In this document: positions 28,207 through 39,800 of the stretch, piece after piece
Layout of the letters: each line of letters starts with the position of its first letter
Numbering within the stretch: position 1 is the stretch's first letter
IMG/VR virus record: IMGVR_UViG_3300014204_000002
Location: 32,001 to 96,000 of that record
DNA from: a virus
Taxonomy: Duplodnaviria > Caudoviricetes
Length of the DNA stretch: 64,000 nt
Strand: one strand, 5' to 3'
Notes under the pieces: generated by a model
Database searches by the model: none
What the model was told of the DNA's origin: nothing
The model's input: the letters and a program-made list of their open reading frames with translations, nothing else
Position numbers and translations under genes: made by a program

Positions 28207-30594
28207 TTATAGCATGGAGTCTGGTATAAAATTAACTGTTGGTATAAACTGATTTTGCGCCTGACATGAAATTGCCATAATACCGCTCGGAGTCGCAACC
28301 GATGTAAGACTTGTAAGTGTATATGGTAATATAATACCGGTATCCGTAAATGTTAGTCCGTTGACACTGACATATAAGTAACCAATTCCACTTGAATATG
28401 ACATGCCATATATTTTATTATTGTGCGAGATACAAGTTTCTGTAAATATATTGTGTGAAATTGTTCCCATTACGGTTCCGGGATCATCTATTGAGTTAAA
28501 TACTGTTAGGACTTGTGTAGTAGAATAATGCGAGTACACATATAATATTCCATTACACGGGATCATATTTGCACCGGTTCCAGATTGTCCATAAACACTA
28601 ATGGGTCTTATAATGTCATATTGCTTGCTTGGCACGTAATAATGACCTACTGGATTAGTTCCCCACCTGTGCCATATTCCTGTATCATCAGCAACATAAA
28701 ACATGTTTATTATTCCGGTTACTGGAAACGCCGCTTTGTTTATGTAATGTGTATGCGGATCAGTAAATGATGCATTGACATTGTTCCCATTTAAATCATA
28801 GATATCTAAATATGCGCCGGTATATTCGCTGTATACACTGGATATTTGTAACGGGCAAAATCCAGCCACGATATATCCTTCATATACGCACATTGATCCA
28901 TTTGTACTGTTTGGAATGTGGTATCCGGTATCAGTTATTGTGGTCACATTGCTATCTATGAAAAGGTCTTCTCCATATGAGTATGTACTTCCAAAACTCG
29001 AAAATAAATATTGTCCTCCCAAATCCCAGATAGTGCCTCCTCGCTCTATATCTCTATATAAGTAACCAACTTTGATCCAATATCGTATGCCAAGAGAGGT
29101 TATTTCTATGGAGTCTTTATCGTATGTCGTTGATATGATACACGAGAATAATCCAGGTGTATTTTGTGGAACCATTGTGCAAACCATTCCGTTTATTACA
29201 CACCCCTTACATGAGTAAAGTGTATACCATTCAGAAGTTGGTGCAGAAAATGCTATACAATTTGTTCCTACTGAATCGATATATTTTGGATCGTTTAGAT
29301 ATATATCTCCAGTTTTAAGGTATATATGTGTAGGTTTAAACGTAATTGGATGTGGAATAGTGCTTATTGAAGGATATAACAACTTTGGCACAATTTCACT
29401 TATTACTGTTTTTCCAGTCGCAGTAACAGCGGTCTCAAAAATCCAAACCGTTCCATTCCACGTAGCATATTTTCCAGATTGCCCTATCCATAATCCAGTA
29501 GGGTCTTCTCCAACAAGATATCTGTCATTTATAGCAGGCGATGATGGAGGAGTAGACGCTATGCCAAGTGCAGGAAAGTCAAAATCCCAAATAAAATCCG
29601 TGAATGTATCAGGGTCCAGACATTTATTTTTTGGATTTGATTGTATTATCGCTGTGAGAGTTATATCAGTTGCAGAATTGACATACAGTGATGCATTTAT
29701 TGGCAATGTCAATGCAATTGTCCTGCCACATCCAACTATACCAATAAGTTGTGCGGCGCACTTAATAAGATAGTCAAACGCCATGCTTGTATAGTTTACT
29801 GTCAGCCTGGGACTTTCTATGGTTCCATCTATCGTATCAATGAGATGTTGCGTTCCAAGATCGTCAACGTAATAAAGATAATTTATCCATTCAGGATGTG
29901 CAGCGAAATCTCCTGTCCATAAGTCAATCGTGGCACAATTCATCTTGTATTCTATATACGAAGCGGGACCATTTTCGAATACTGCAGTGTTTGTGCCATA
30001 GCCATTATATCCTGAGTTTCGTATAGTGCCACTATACCATATTCCAGAAGGCCATTCTGCTGATACAGAATACATGAGGAGCCGATTGCTAATATCGCAA
30101 TCCTGTCCAAGGCATTCGCATGGAGAACACTCTTTACAACAGCCGATATCAGTAGATCCGGCCCGGTGACGTTCCGCAAACTTAAATGTTATTTCGGTTG
30201 CCGGGGCCTGAAGTATCCCACCTGTGCAAGAGTTTATCAGTGTCCAATCCGGATCCCCTTCTGATCCTTTGTTGAACCAAAGTGAAAATGCGCCCCACAA
30301 ATGTGCCACTTCTCCGTAAGAATCGATAAAAATATAGTTTTTCCCAGATGCGCATTTTCTAACTTCAAACACTGCATATGGAGGAGATGCCTCTGTCTCA
30401 AAATACATCAATGAAATATGCCCATTGCGTCTATATCCGCACTGCTTTACTGGAACCGTATCTCCGTAAATAATGGTGCCGGTATAAAGTGACGGGTCAT
30501 CTGTAGTTGTGCCTATGCATACCGCAAATCTCCGAAGCCAAATTATACACCCAACAAGCAAAGTTCCATATACGCGCTGATTAGTGCCAGTCAT
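28207..30594 (-). CDS. Large tail-tip/adhesin protein containing a DUF2793-like module
   Basis: PPSSPAINDRYLVG..PTG.W.GQ....ATWNG..WIF. Confidence 0.6.
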   Translation of the reverse strand: MTGTNQRVYGTLLVGCIIWLRRFAVCIGTTTDDPSLYTGTIIYGDTVPVKQCGYRRNGHISLMYFETEASPPYAVFEVRKCASGKNYIFIDSYGEVAHLWGAFSLWFNKGSEGDPDWTLINSCTGGILQAPATEITFKFAERHRAGSTDIGCCKECSPCECLGQDCDISNRLLMYSVSAEWPSGIWYSGTIRNSGYNGYGTNTAVFENGPASYIEYKMNCATIDLWTGDFAAHPEWINYLYYVDDLGTQHLIDTIDGTIESPRLTVNYTSMAFDYLIKCAAQLIGIVGCGRTIALTLPINASLYVNSATDITLTAIIQSNPKNKCLDPDTFTDFIWDFDFPALGIASTPPSSPAINDRYLVGEDPTGLWIGQSGKYATWNGTVWIFETAVTATGKTVISEIVPKLLYPSISTIPHPITFKPTHIYLKTGDIYLNDPKYIDSVGTNCIAFSAPTSEWYTLYSCKGCVINGMVCTMVPQNTPGLFSCIISTTYDKDSIEITSLGIRYWIKVGYLYRDIERGGTIWDLGGQYLFSSFGSTYSYGEDLFIDSNVTTITDTGYHIPNSTNGSMCVYEGYIVAGFCPLQISSVYSEYTGAYLDIYDLNGNNVNASFTDPHTHYINKAAFPVTGIINMFYVADDTGIWHRWGTNPVGHYYVPSKQYDIIRPISVYGQSGTGANMIPCNGILYVYSHYSTTQVLTVFNSIDDPGTVMGTISHNIFTETCISHNNKIYGMSYSSGIGYLYVSVNGLTFTDTGIILPYTLTSLTSVATPSGIMAISCQAQNQFIPTVNFIPDSML

Positions 30595-30620
30595 TGTCTA
30601 TAAAATGGGAGGTAATAGTA

Positions 30621-31787
30621 TTAAGATATATTTATCCATCCTACAGATGAGTTGATATACATTTTTACTTTACTGTCAGAAGTGTCATAATAGTTGTCTC
30701 CGGTAGCAAAGGAGGTCGGATATGTTGCAAATTCTCCAAGATATCTAATGTATGTTCCCGTGTGCGTATGATCAACTGATGCGAAATATGATGCATGATA
30801 CGTATCGAGTGTATCGGCGTCGAGAGAACTACCATGCCCATCGTGATTTACATCGATGAGTTTGCCGCCATCAACGTATATGTAGGTGCCATCACTGGTT
30901 AACGTGACGCTATTTGGCTCTGTTGAAAACCCACCAATGTTTATAGCGTCGAATGTTCCGAACTCTCCATATATGGATTCTACACGAACATTGCTATATG
31001 CGTCAAGTGCAGACTTAATATGAAGTTCCCCATTTACATCGAATAATTTTACTCCGGCGTGAATCTGGAAACTTTCATTCGGTGTACCATCTCCTGTTAT
31101 GAGAGTTGTATAATCGATACCACTATCTTTTACGGTTTTGCCATCAGTTCCATCAAATGCCACTAAATTGTTATTTGTTGCAACAGGAATAGAGTCTATG
31201 TAACCTGTTCCGGGGGTTGCCCATTCTCCGGTGTCACAGGCAAACATCGTTCCTGTTGGGGTTAATGAGACTGGCAATTCGTTTACTTCAAGGAATTGTT
31301 TTGCTTCAAAATACGTGCCGTTAAACTTGATACTGTAGCCGGTTGGAAATGTAGTTAGATCGATATCGCTGCCTGACCACGGCAATGATTGGTATGCTGT
31401 CGATCCATCACCCACTTTGAATCGACCTGTTGGGGCATTGGTAGAGTCGTTTACTTCTATTAGCAGAGCAAATTTAGGATAGACGGTTGTATTTGATTCC
31501 CAATTTGTCGTGGTATCTATGGCTCCCTGTAAGCGATATGTCCATTTATCAAGTGAATCACTGAAATATACGGTTTCGTCATCTACCGGGGATCGTGAAT
31601 TGTCGGTGTCTTTGTTGCCGATGGATCCAGATGTATAAGATAAAACAGACCATTTTTTAACACCATCGCCAGTTTTCGTGTTTCCCGTGTCCACCGATAC
31701 TGCAACTATTCCAAAAGGAATAACAGGATCCGATAAGATCCAGTTTGCTTCGTAATCTGGCATAGTACTATCAAATGGTCTAAACAT
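30621..31787 (-). CDS. Fibre protein with two Mtd-N-like modules
   Basis: NW...DPV...KTGDG..W..L.Y and FKVGDG..Y..LP; LDADTLD.YHASYF. Confidence 0.7.
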   Translation of the reverse strand: MFRPFDSTMPDYEANWILSDPVIPFGIVAVSVDTGNTKTGDGVKKWSVLSYTSGSIGNKDTDNSRSPVDDETVYFSDSLDKWTYRLQGAIDTTTNWESNTTVYPKFALLIEVNDSTNAPTGRFKVGDGSTAYQSLPWSGSDIDLTTFPTGYSIKFNGTYFEAKQFLEVNELPVSLTPTGTMFACDTGEWATPGTGYIDSIPVATNNNLVAFDGTDGKTVKDSGIDYTTLITGDGTPNESFQIHAGVKLFDVNGELHIKSALDAYSNVRVESIYGEFGTFDAINIGGFSTEPNSVTLTSDGTYIYVDGGKLIDVNHDGHGSSLDADTLDTYHASYFASVDHTHTGTYIRYLGEFATYPTSFATGDNYYDTSDSKVKMYINSSVGWINIS

Positions 31788-31789
31788 GA

Positions 31790-32083
31790 TTAATCCCTCA
31801 TGATAAGGCCGTCATATGCCACGGTTATTGATGTTGCCCCAGTATTTTTAACAGTTATATAATCGGAGATATTGCAATGATAATTGTATGATAGCAGGCT
31901 TGTTGAAGCATTCATTAATTTAATTGGAGTGGTGCCATCTGTTCGATATAATTCACAGGTTGCTCCAAGAGGAATGTATATGTTATGGATTGCCCATTCG
32001 GTGGTGCCTCCAGATGGAGAGATAAGAATTGATTGCCCGGCTAATACTGTTTCGTGCCCGGCTATCATATCACCCTGCGTCAT
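31790..32083 (-). CDS. Hypothetical virion protein
   Basis: Beta-rich ORF in the tail operon. Confidence 0.55.
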   Translation of the reverse strand: MTQGDMIAGHETVLAGQSILISPSGGTTEWAIHNIYIPLGATCELYRTDGTTPIKLMNASTSLLSYNYHCNISDYITVKNTGATSITVAYDGLIMRD

Positions 32084-32085
32084 GA

Positions 32086-32604
32086 TTAACCTCGCCCATA
32101 GGTAATTTTCCAGACCATGGCAAACGACTCACCACTGGCAATGACCCAATCGGTAAATGTTTGTCTTGAGCCCATGTATCCACTTGTGAGCGTTGTGTGC
32201 AGTCCGGCCTCCTTGAGAGTTGCTGATTCTGTTGCCGTTATCACAATTGTATACTGCACGGTGTCTGGATAGGCTGGATCTGTGTTATATGTGCTTACAT
32301 AACTGATTGTTGCAAGTTGACGAGCCATTACTGGGGAAACTAACTCATTCAGCGTATAATCGGTGCTACTTGCTGCGCTGGTTCCTACTGATGCATAGGT
32401 GTATTTTCCGGCAGTATGGACGGCTAAATCATTAATTGCATAATTTGTAAGGGCATCACCGGCACATTTGTATAATCCGAAGTATTTGAGGAGTCTTTGC
32501 CATAAACTTGGATTGTTATTGGTTTCAAATTCCTTGTGCCACACTCCTTCTTTGTCTATTCGATATCCTTCAAGGGTATCTATACATCTGGTATTATCTT
32601 GCAT
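32086..32604 (-). CDS. Fibre-attachment/baseplate-like protein
   Basis: Y..VGT...T.L...R; LKEAGL; R..F; W.I (pattern of fibre N-terminal domains). Confidence 0.55.
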   Translation of the reverse strand: MQDNTRCIDTLEGYRIDKEGVWHKEFETNNNPSLWQRLLKYFGLYKCAGDALTNYAINDLAVHTAGKYTYASVGTSAASSTDYTLNELVSPVMARQLATISYVSTYNTDPAYPDTVQYTIVITATESATLKEAGLHTTLTSGYMGSRQTFTDWVIASGESFAMVWKITYGRG

Positions 32605-32654
32605 TTTATTTCCTCCTGTCTTGTTAAGTTTTACGTTATATAGTCTATGATTAA

Positions 32655-34643
32655 TTATGGTGTTATACGATAAATCCCGGCATTTATTAGGTCGGCGTCA
32701 GTAATTACGTATATATCTTTGTAGATTTTGTGATTAAAGTCAAATTTAAACTTGTATTTGTGAGTGTCCGGGTTTTGCACGTTGATAATATTTGGTGTTT
32801 TTCCATCCATGTAAAATATCTCACTTGCCTTCACACCATCGATGCAATGCGTCTGATTGTCACTAAATGAGAGAGATTGACCGTTATAAATAGGGATAAA
32901 TGATGCAAAGTTATTCACGGTAAAATTCAAATAGTGTAGGGGCTCGCTCAAAACAGATTCGAGCACTGTAGCATCCTCAAATGTTTGCCATAAGGTTTCT
33001 CTGAATGGTGCAGCAATTTCACTTCTCGCGATTTCCGTATATGTGGCAAATGCACGCTCTACGTTGAAATAATGAATTTTGTCTACGTTTGTTGCTATTT
33101 CAGTCGCTGTTATAACAGAATCTATGGAATCATTTGGCTTGATATCAATTGCTATAATGGCAGTAGGATCGTCAATGGACTTGTTATCGACTACTGTAAC
33201 CGATATTACGCGAAATTCTTCTTCTGCCGCAATTCTTTGTGGTGTAATAACATCAATTTTATCGCCATTCATCCATGTGCCAGATGTAACACGGCCCCAA
33301 TCTGAAGTCGGAAATGCTGCTTCTGCCTTGTATAAGAATGTTGCAAAATCAGTCATGGAAATGGAGCCACATTCGCTCTTGTCAATTGGGAGTAGTTCAA
33401 TTGTCTTTGGGTAATAGGCCTGCAGTATGTTGGTTCTATTTGCTGCGACATTAGGGGCGAATTCTTCCCATTTGTTCACGACAGCATATACCTTTACGAC
33501 TTCGCCTGTTTCGTAGCCTTCAAGAGCCGCATATATCGGAAAGTCTAATCCTGCCGTTCTTGTTTTATCAGCGCCTTTTGGTAGTGTATATATGTGTGCT
33601 GCTTCAGAACCCCGATCTCCAGCAGTTCGCATATTCATGAATATTCCATCTTCAGAATAGTTCCACTGCCATTTAAACAGCACGTTATTGAACGTGACAG
33701 CAGACGATAGTTGATTTGTAATCGTGAACTTGTAGCAAAATTCAGGAAGCACGGCCCGTTTTATGGCTACCTGATCAGCGACATCCTTGGTTAAATCAGT
33801 GTACCACTTTACTTCGAATGGCGGAAGTTGCCCGAATGACGATATATTCCACGTAGGCTCTGGCATTGCAGTATATGTTTCACAGGTTGGAAATTCTGTT
33901 TCTGTGTTATTTGCCGTGATTAAATTTTCAAATATTTTACTATCATATGAAAGATTCCCTTCGTACCACGATGGTATATTGGAGCACATTATGCTCATAT
34001 CCCAGTCTATATCGAACATTCCATTTGTGTCATCGGTACTTCCAATAGTGTTATAGACTCCAATGCTGGCACTCTGGTAAAATGCCGGTAAGAATTCAAG
34101 ATTTTCAAGTTTTATAACACCCTGTGATGCAAACTGAGTGCCTGCAATTAAGCCAGTTTTGTCGAAAATCAAATCAATGGTAGTATTTCCTGCTACTACA
34201 ACATTTGTAAGCACTGCACTTGCATTTATTGAGGTGGATGATCCGGCTTTTTGGTAGGTGTTTTTATCGACTAAATCCACGATACTGGCAGTAATTGTTA
34301 TGTCCCCGGTGCATTCAGGTGGAATTATAACTGGCTTCAGGCTAAATACATCTGCAGCAATTCCCGTTGTGGTATTTGGGCCATTTGGATCTAACAATGT
34401 GACGGCGCTATTAATGCCTTTAGCGTAGCCATTTATCGTGTAATCGACCCAGACATCGGCGGTGCCATATCCTGAAAAGGTAAACGTGCCCGGATTTCCC
34501 GAAGAAGTTCCCTCAATAATGCTGTTTAGAATCCATGTCCAGGAAACGCCGGTTATTACGTCAGTGATATTTTGTGGAAGCAAGGTTCCGGTTGCCGCCT
34601 TTCCTGACGATGTTAATGATAATGTTGCCGGTGGCTGTGCCAT
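32655..34643 (-). CDS. Tail-tip structural protein
   Basis: Long beta-rich ORF after the hub gene. Confidence 0.55.
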   Translation of the reverse strand: MAQPPATLSLTSSGKAATGTLLPQNITDVITGVSWTWILNSIIEGTSSGNPGTFTFSGYGTADVWVDYTINGYAKGINSAVTLLDPNGPNTTTGIAADVFSLKPVIIPPECTGDITITASIVDLVDKNTYQKAGSSTSINASAVLTNVVVAGNTTIDLIFDKTGLIAGTQFASQGVIKLENLEFLPAFYQSASIGVYNTIGSTDDTNGMFDIDWDMSIMCSNIPSWYEGNLSYDSKIFENLITANNTETEFPTCETYTAMPEPTWNISSFGQLPPFEVKWYTDLTKDVADQVAIKRAVLPEFCYKFTITNQLSSAVTFNNVLFKWQWNYSEDGIFMNMRTAGDRGSEAAHIYTLPKGADKTRTAGLDFPIYAALEGYETGEVVKVYAVVNKWEEFAPNVAANRTNILQAYYPKTIELLPIDKSECGSISMTDFATFLYKAEAAFPTSDWGRVTSGTWMNGDKIDVITPQRIAAEEEFRVISVTVVDNKSIDDPTAIIAIDIKPNDSIDSVITATEIATNVDKIHYFNVERAFATYTEIARSEIAAPFRETLWQTFEDATVLESVLSEPLHYLNFTVNNFASFIPIYNGQSLSFSDNQTHCIDGVKASEIFYMDGKTPNIINVQNPDTHKYKFKFDFNHKIYKDIYVITDADLINAGIYRITP

Positions 34644-36329
34644 TTATATCACTCCTACTGAACCAATGCCAGTGTAGTAACCTTTGATTTCTTTATTTTC
34701 AGTTGTGGCAGGCACTCCATCACAGCGCTTCAGAGCATCCTGATAAATGTCGAAAACGCTAAAAAACGACGATCCGACGATAACTTCTGTTTTCTGCTCG
34801 GTAATTGTCATTTCTTTAATTTGCCACACTTGGTCGCTTGGATCTGTCTCTGGTTCGGTGTCCGTTCCTGTTCTGTAAGGCATGGGAGTCGTTGTTGTTT
34901 CGTCACCAAGACCAGTAAAGAAGTCGCCATCCTGAAATCGACATACACCTGCCTGAAATGTTACTTTGTATGTATCGCGACCTCGTTGTGTTGCATCAAA
35001 CACCTGTGCTGCAAAGTCTGCAAGCTGTTGATCGTGCAGATCAGAGTTAAGTTTGTACTGGATACATTTGGATGTAGCAAAGGCCGTTGCTGATTCCGGG
35101 GCGATCGCACGTTGATCTGCACTATTGTTCCAGAGAATGATATAATCTGCATTGTAATCAGAAGTCGAGGCTGGAATCTTGGTGCTGTCTTCGATATACT
35201 CGCTCATCGGATTAATTGTGATGCCGTTTCTCACAAAGCCGTACTCAAGTGCTCCAGTTAGTGAATTATACCACGTATAGAGGCCGCATTGGTTAATGAG
35301 GAACGTGTCAAGTGCTTTTCCTACCGACATACCAGACAAAATCTGCGGTGATATCTTTGACGATTTGCCGGGTAATGTGTCTCTGACTGCAACGAGTGGC
35401 GACGTACATACTCCGTATCCAGGATTGTAACCAAATACTGGCCCATCCAGATAAAACTGTATGATTAATTTGACCATTTCTGATATAGTGAAATAGCGAT
35501 TGACTCCGTATGGATTTGGGATCTTAATTCGGGATTTAAATAGTCCTACTCCGAGTTTTGCACAATGCTTACGGTTTAGGATGTCACCAATTTCAATGCA
35601 ATTGTATTTGAAGGTGCCATTTTGTGAGTTTTTTACTTCGCTCACTAATCCGTAAAACATTGGCTTTGTTGGATATGTCTCTGAATAAATCTGGATGATG
35701 TCGTCTACGTCTAATTCCTGATAGATAGTCGAGAATTCTGCAGTGTTCAGGTCTTTACAGGTTGCATGAATTGTTGTGTCGTATATCTGGTAATGTGACG
35801 CAAATCCCTGTTTTTCATAGAAGAATTTCACGTTGTCGTATTTTACTGTGCCTACTCCTCCTGCGAATAACTGGATTTCGTTTAGGGCGGGAATCCAGAT
35901 ATAACCAAGTTGCATGGAAAAGTGATACTGGCCAAGTTTGTTTGCCATTCGATCCCACGTAAATGAATTGATTCTCCATAGACGGTTACTTAATTCGGGA
36001 ACGAGATCGTTTCCTGATGTCACTGCAATGGCACGGCTTAATGCTTCATCTGGTCTATCGTCTCTTACAACGTCGAGTCTGGCATTTGCGTAGGTGCTCA
36101 TCACGAGACTGTCTGTAAATACGCCGGATATAGTAGCCGATCTATCTTCACAGCCTTGTGGAATAGTCAGGGGCTTGACCATCTCTTCAACTTTTAATAT
36201 TTTGGCCTTTGTAACAATGGTAACTTCTTCTAATAGAACTTCTGGTGATATACCATCAGGATCCCACTCTGATGCACCAGTTACTAGATTTTTCTTCTCT
36301 ACGTAGAAGGTGAATTTTATCTGGGCCAT
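34644..36329 (-). CDS. Baseplate hub / Tal-like tail protein
   Basis: Second gene after the TMP; FYGLV, hub-like layout. Confidence 0.55.
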   Translation of the reverse strand: MAQIKFTFYVEKKNLVTGASEWDPDGISPEVLLEEVTIVTKAKILKVEEMVKPLTIPQGCEDRSATISGVFTDSLVMSTYANARLDVVRDDRPDEALSRAIAVTSGNDLVPELSNRLWRINSFTWDRMANKLGQYHFSMQLGYIWIPALNEIQLFAGGVGTVKYDNVKFFYEKQGFASHYQIYDTTIHATCKDLNTAEFSTIYQELDVDDIIQIYSETYPTKPMFYGLVSEVKNSQNGTFKYNCIEIGDILNRKHCAKLGVGLFKSRIKIPNPYGVNRYFTISEMVKLIIQFYLDGPVFGYNPGYGVCTSPLVAVRDTLPGKSSKISPQILSGMSVGKALDTFLINQCGLYTWYNSLTGALEYGFVRNGITINPMSEYIEDSTKIPASTSDYNADYIILWNNSADQRAIAPESATAFATSKCIQYKLNSDLHDQQLADFAAQVFDATQRGRDTYKVTFQAGVCRFQDGDFFTGLGDETTTTPMPYRTGTDTEPETDPSDQVWQIKEMTITEQKTEVIVGSSFFSVFDIYQDALKRCDGVPATTENKEIKGYYTGIGSVGVI

Positions 36330-36790
36330 TAGATCACCGCTGGTAAATACCGACTAATGACCAAGTTAAATAGGATTACACTACGGCGCTGTGATGATCT
36401 AGTTATCGTGAATGTTTCAACTATCCATTCTGTACCGAGCGGGATTTCAGGATGATCGGTGTTGTCGGTGCAAGTTATGATTGAACAGGGCAAGAACACG
36501 TTATATAGAGTGTTTACGTTGCGTGCTGTGAATCCTGCAAGAAAAGAGGTAACATCGATTACTTTGCAAAGAACGCCATCAATGGTATACGTTTCAGTTT
36601 TTCGTCCTTTAACGTGCGTATACGGGTTGGATTCCTGCGTAAAGGAAGGATATGATTGAGAGTTAATCTCTCGTTTGTTTGTTATTTTTGCGGATTGCAG
36701 ATTGTGCGTAATACCGGCAGATGTTGGATTATATTTTTTTAGTCCGTTAATCATTGTGATATTAAGACACTTTTCTGTAAACACTAACAT
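36329..36790 (-). CDS. Distal tail (Dit-like) protein
   Basis: Immediately after the TMP; start reassigned to ATG 36790 downstream of a TATA-GTAA promoter. Confidence 0.5.
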   Translation of the reverse strand: MLVFTEKCLNITMINGLKKYNPTSAGITHNLQSAKITNKREINSQSYPSFTQESNPYTHVKGRKTETYTIDGVLCKVIDVTSFLAGFTARNVNTLYNVFLPCSIITCTDNTDHPEIPLGTEWIVETFTITRSSQRRSVILFNLVISRYLPAVI

Positions 36791-36835
36791 GATTATGTAA
36801 TGCAATTTTTACACTATATAATCAAAAAGAGAGTC

Positions 36836-39800
36836 TTATGATTTCGAAGAAGTGTTTACATTGTATTGTTTCAGCAGATCCGGCAATACTGCCTTTAACT
36901 GGGCTACTATGGCCTGTGCATTTTCAGACTTTTCTCCACCATTAATCGTGAAATTAAGCGTAATCTGATTTGACGATGTAACGAATCCATCATTTGGTGT
37001 CTCGTTTGTTGGTAAGTTGTTATTTAAATTTGCAGTAGATGTCTGTATTGCAGTATCAAACGATCCGAGTGATGTTGGCAAATCTGTCAATGGCTGAATC
37101 GCTGCTTGTGCAGAAGCATTATCAAGCGAGGTGGTTGTTTGAGGCATTAGCAATGGTGCTAACAATGCTCCGAATCCACCGGGCGTTCCTGCAGTTAATG
37201 CAAGTTGTGCTGCGGTATATGGATTTTCAGCAATTGCGCCCGCTGTGTTTTTTGCAAGATCGACGCCAGTTGCACCAAGTCCTACCATCGATGTTCCGAA
37301 TCCAAATATATTTCCAACATCGAGATTTGCTAACTGTTCAATCATGTCATAAATGCCAGAGTTCGCATCTGCTAACGATCCACCAAGATTTAATCCACCA
37401 ACTAATGGAACTTCTTCGCCTATGCCATAGTTTAGGTTAGATCGAAGCATGTCTGAAACTGCTGTATTACCACCTTTTAATTTTGTACCAAATCCTTCTA
37501 CGTTTTCTTTACCGAGTGCAGTATTCCATAATCCTGATAACCCAATATCAAGAATGCCAGATTTGTTCATGTCTGCGATCATTCGAGTGTCTTCTTTTCC
37601 AGACATTCCTCCCCAAACCTGCATTCCTTTGCCAAATGCGGCACTAAATAACCCACTGTCAACTAATCCCGCAAATTCGTTTTTCCCGGCGCCTTTTTTA
37701 ATTGCTTCTGCAGAATATTTACCACTGAAATAATCATCAGACGTTTTTCCAGCAGTTAACAACCCTGTTCCCATGACGACTGGCGCTGTTCCAGATAATT
37801 GCATTGCTCTACCGGCTGCCGTTCCAACTCCTGCAAGTCCTTTGCCTGCAACAACAGATGCTGCATTTCTGACGGTGCCTTCTCCGATGACTTTTGATAT
37901 TGCTGCAGGAGCAGATAGCGCTGCTCTTTGAACTGCATCTCCGGCAACGCCTGTCACAAGGTTACCAATGTGCATAGATGCAACGCCTAATGCTGTGTCA
38001 TATGGATTTCCATTCGATGATACTGCTGCAGTAGCAGGCTGTAACCAATCTGCCTTGTCAGGAATAAATTTTTCCCACGGCGTATAAATTTTGCGCCCAG
38101 TCATCGATTTCTGACCTGGTGATATTTTTGGAATGGACACAGTAGATAAATCAAGAGATCCCTTATTGTAATCCGCGACTTGATCGTGAGTAATAAAATT
38201 TGTGCCTTTATATTGCTCGCGTAATTGGCTTATTAATTTTTCTTGTTCTCTATTGACTAATACTGCACCAATATTTGTCTTTCCAGACTTATCGACTAAT
38301 GAGTCTCCTGGTTTTGATAGTAATGTAAACGCACCATGTGTATATGCTCCTCCCGCAGCGCCAGTTCCTGCCCCCGCCCCATTATAATCAATTAATGACG
38401 TAGTGTGAAATCTTTTTGTTGTGTCTACTCCGTTATTAATCAGATTATCAAGAGATCCTAACTGATTTGACAATGTCCCTTTTGCAATGCCATGAGCATC
38501 TATATTTGATCCAAGATGTTCTTTGCGTAAATTAGATTCCAAAAATAAAGATTCTGCATAATTATCTATCTCATTTGGCGTCCCAACTAATTTTTTATTT
38601 TGCTGTGCGATAGGAGAATATGCAGCAAAAAAATCTTTTTTAAATGTATCAAAGGACTTTGCGGGTATACTAACTGATCCAGTAGGACCGGGCACGTTTT
38701 GCTTGTTATATCCTCCGGTAGTAAACCAGTCCATGAAGCCAGCATTGCGTTTTGTTTGTTGGTTTCCGTAATCTTTTATATCGCCGTAATTACGGTATCC
38801 GCCATGTTGCGCCCATAATTCCTGTGTGTTATATCCAGCGCCGCCTTTTAATGCTCCAGTCATTGCCGATATACCTGCTTTTGCAGTGTCCACGGGATGA
38901 GTTATACCAGATACGATTTGTCCAAGATCTGATTTTATAGTAGTGGATGCTGATCCTGCCCCACTTTTAATTGACGAAATAACTGTTGAGATTGTCGGGC
39001 CAAGATCAGATATTGTTACTGTGATATCTCCGATTGTAGTTGCTGCCTTTCCTAATGCAATATATATAGCATCAAATGCACTCATTAATCCAGTTGTGAT
39101 TAATCCAGTTGCGTTTTGCACTGCAGCGACAAGTAATTCAACTATTGTTGTGGGAGAAGGAGTTGGCGTATGGCTTGGCGTCATAGTTTGAGTTAACGCA
39201 CTTTGCATGTCTCGTAACTGTTGTGGCGTCGCAGTAGGCGTTGTGGGTGGCGAAGGCGTTGTAGAAACTGGAGTTGGAATTGTTGCAGGGCCTAATCCGT
39301 ACAATTTCGATGGGAATAAACTACCAATGTCGGGCCATGGAATGTTATCGAAGAAGCCTTTATCTTCTTTCTGTGCTCCCCAGTTTGCGGGCATGTTTTG
39401 GACTACGACATTGATCGCGTTGCCGTTTTTGGCATCACCGAGCACTTTTGAGGTAGTCATGTTGAATGCCATAGACTTCGAAAGCGGATCCTGTAATGCA
39501 CGGTTTTCATTTGCTGCCTGTGCATCGAATGGCTTGAGCATTGACGGCATTAACGGGCCTGCAGCGATGGTACCTGTTGCATAATGAGGCATTTTGTAGC
39601 CTTTAGGAAGGACAGTTTCCCCAGATTGCAATGCAGCAATGGTATCATCAGGAGATCCGGGCACCATGTCTCTGGATGGCACTGGTACTACTCCACCTGT
39701 GTACATTCCCGGAACTTCGGGCTTATATGTTTCTATGCCTTGGCCAAACATCCAGTCTGATGCCCTGATACTAAATCCAGCGATCCTGATTTTTTCGCCA

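Noticed and set aside
15671-31787. Diversity-generating retroelement suggested by Mtd-N-like domains
   Set aside because: No reverse transcriptase, C-type lectin variable region or adenine-specific TR/VR repeat pair was seen in this window.
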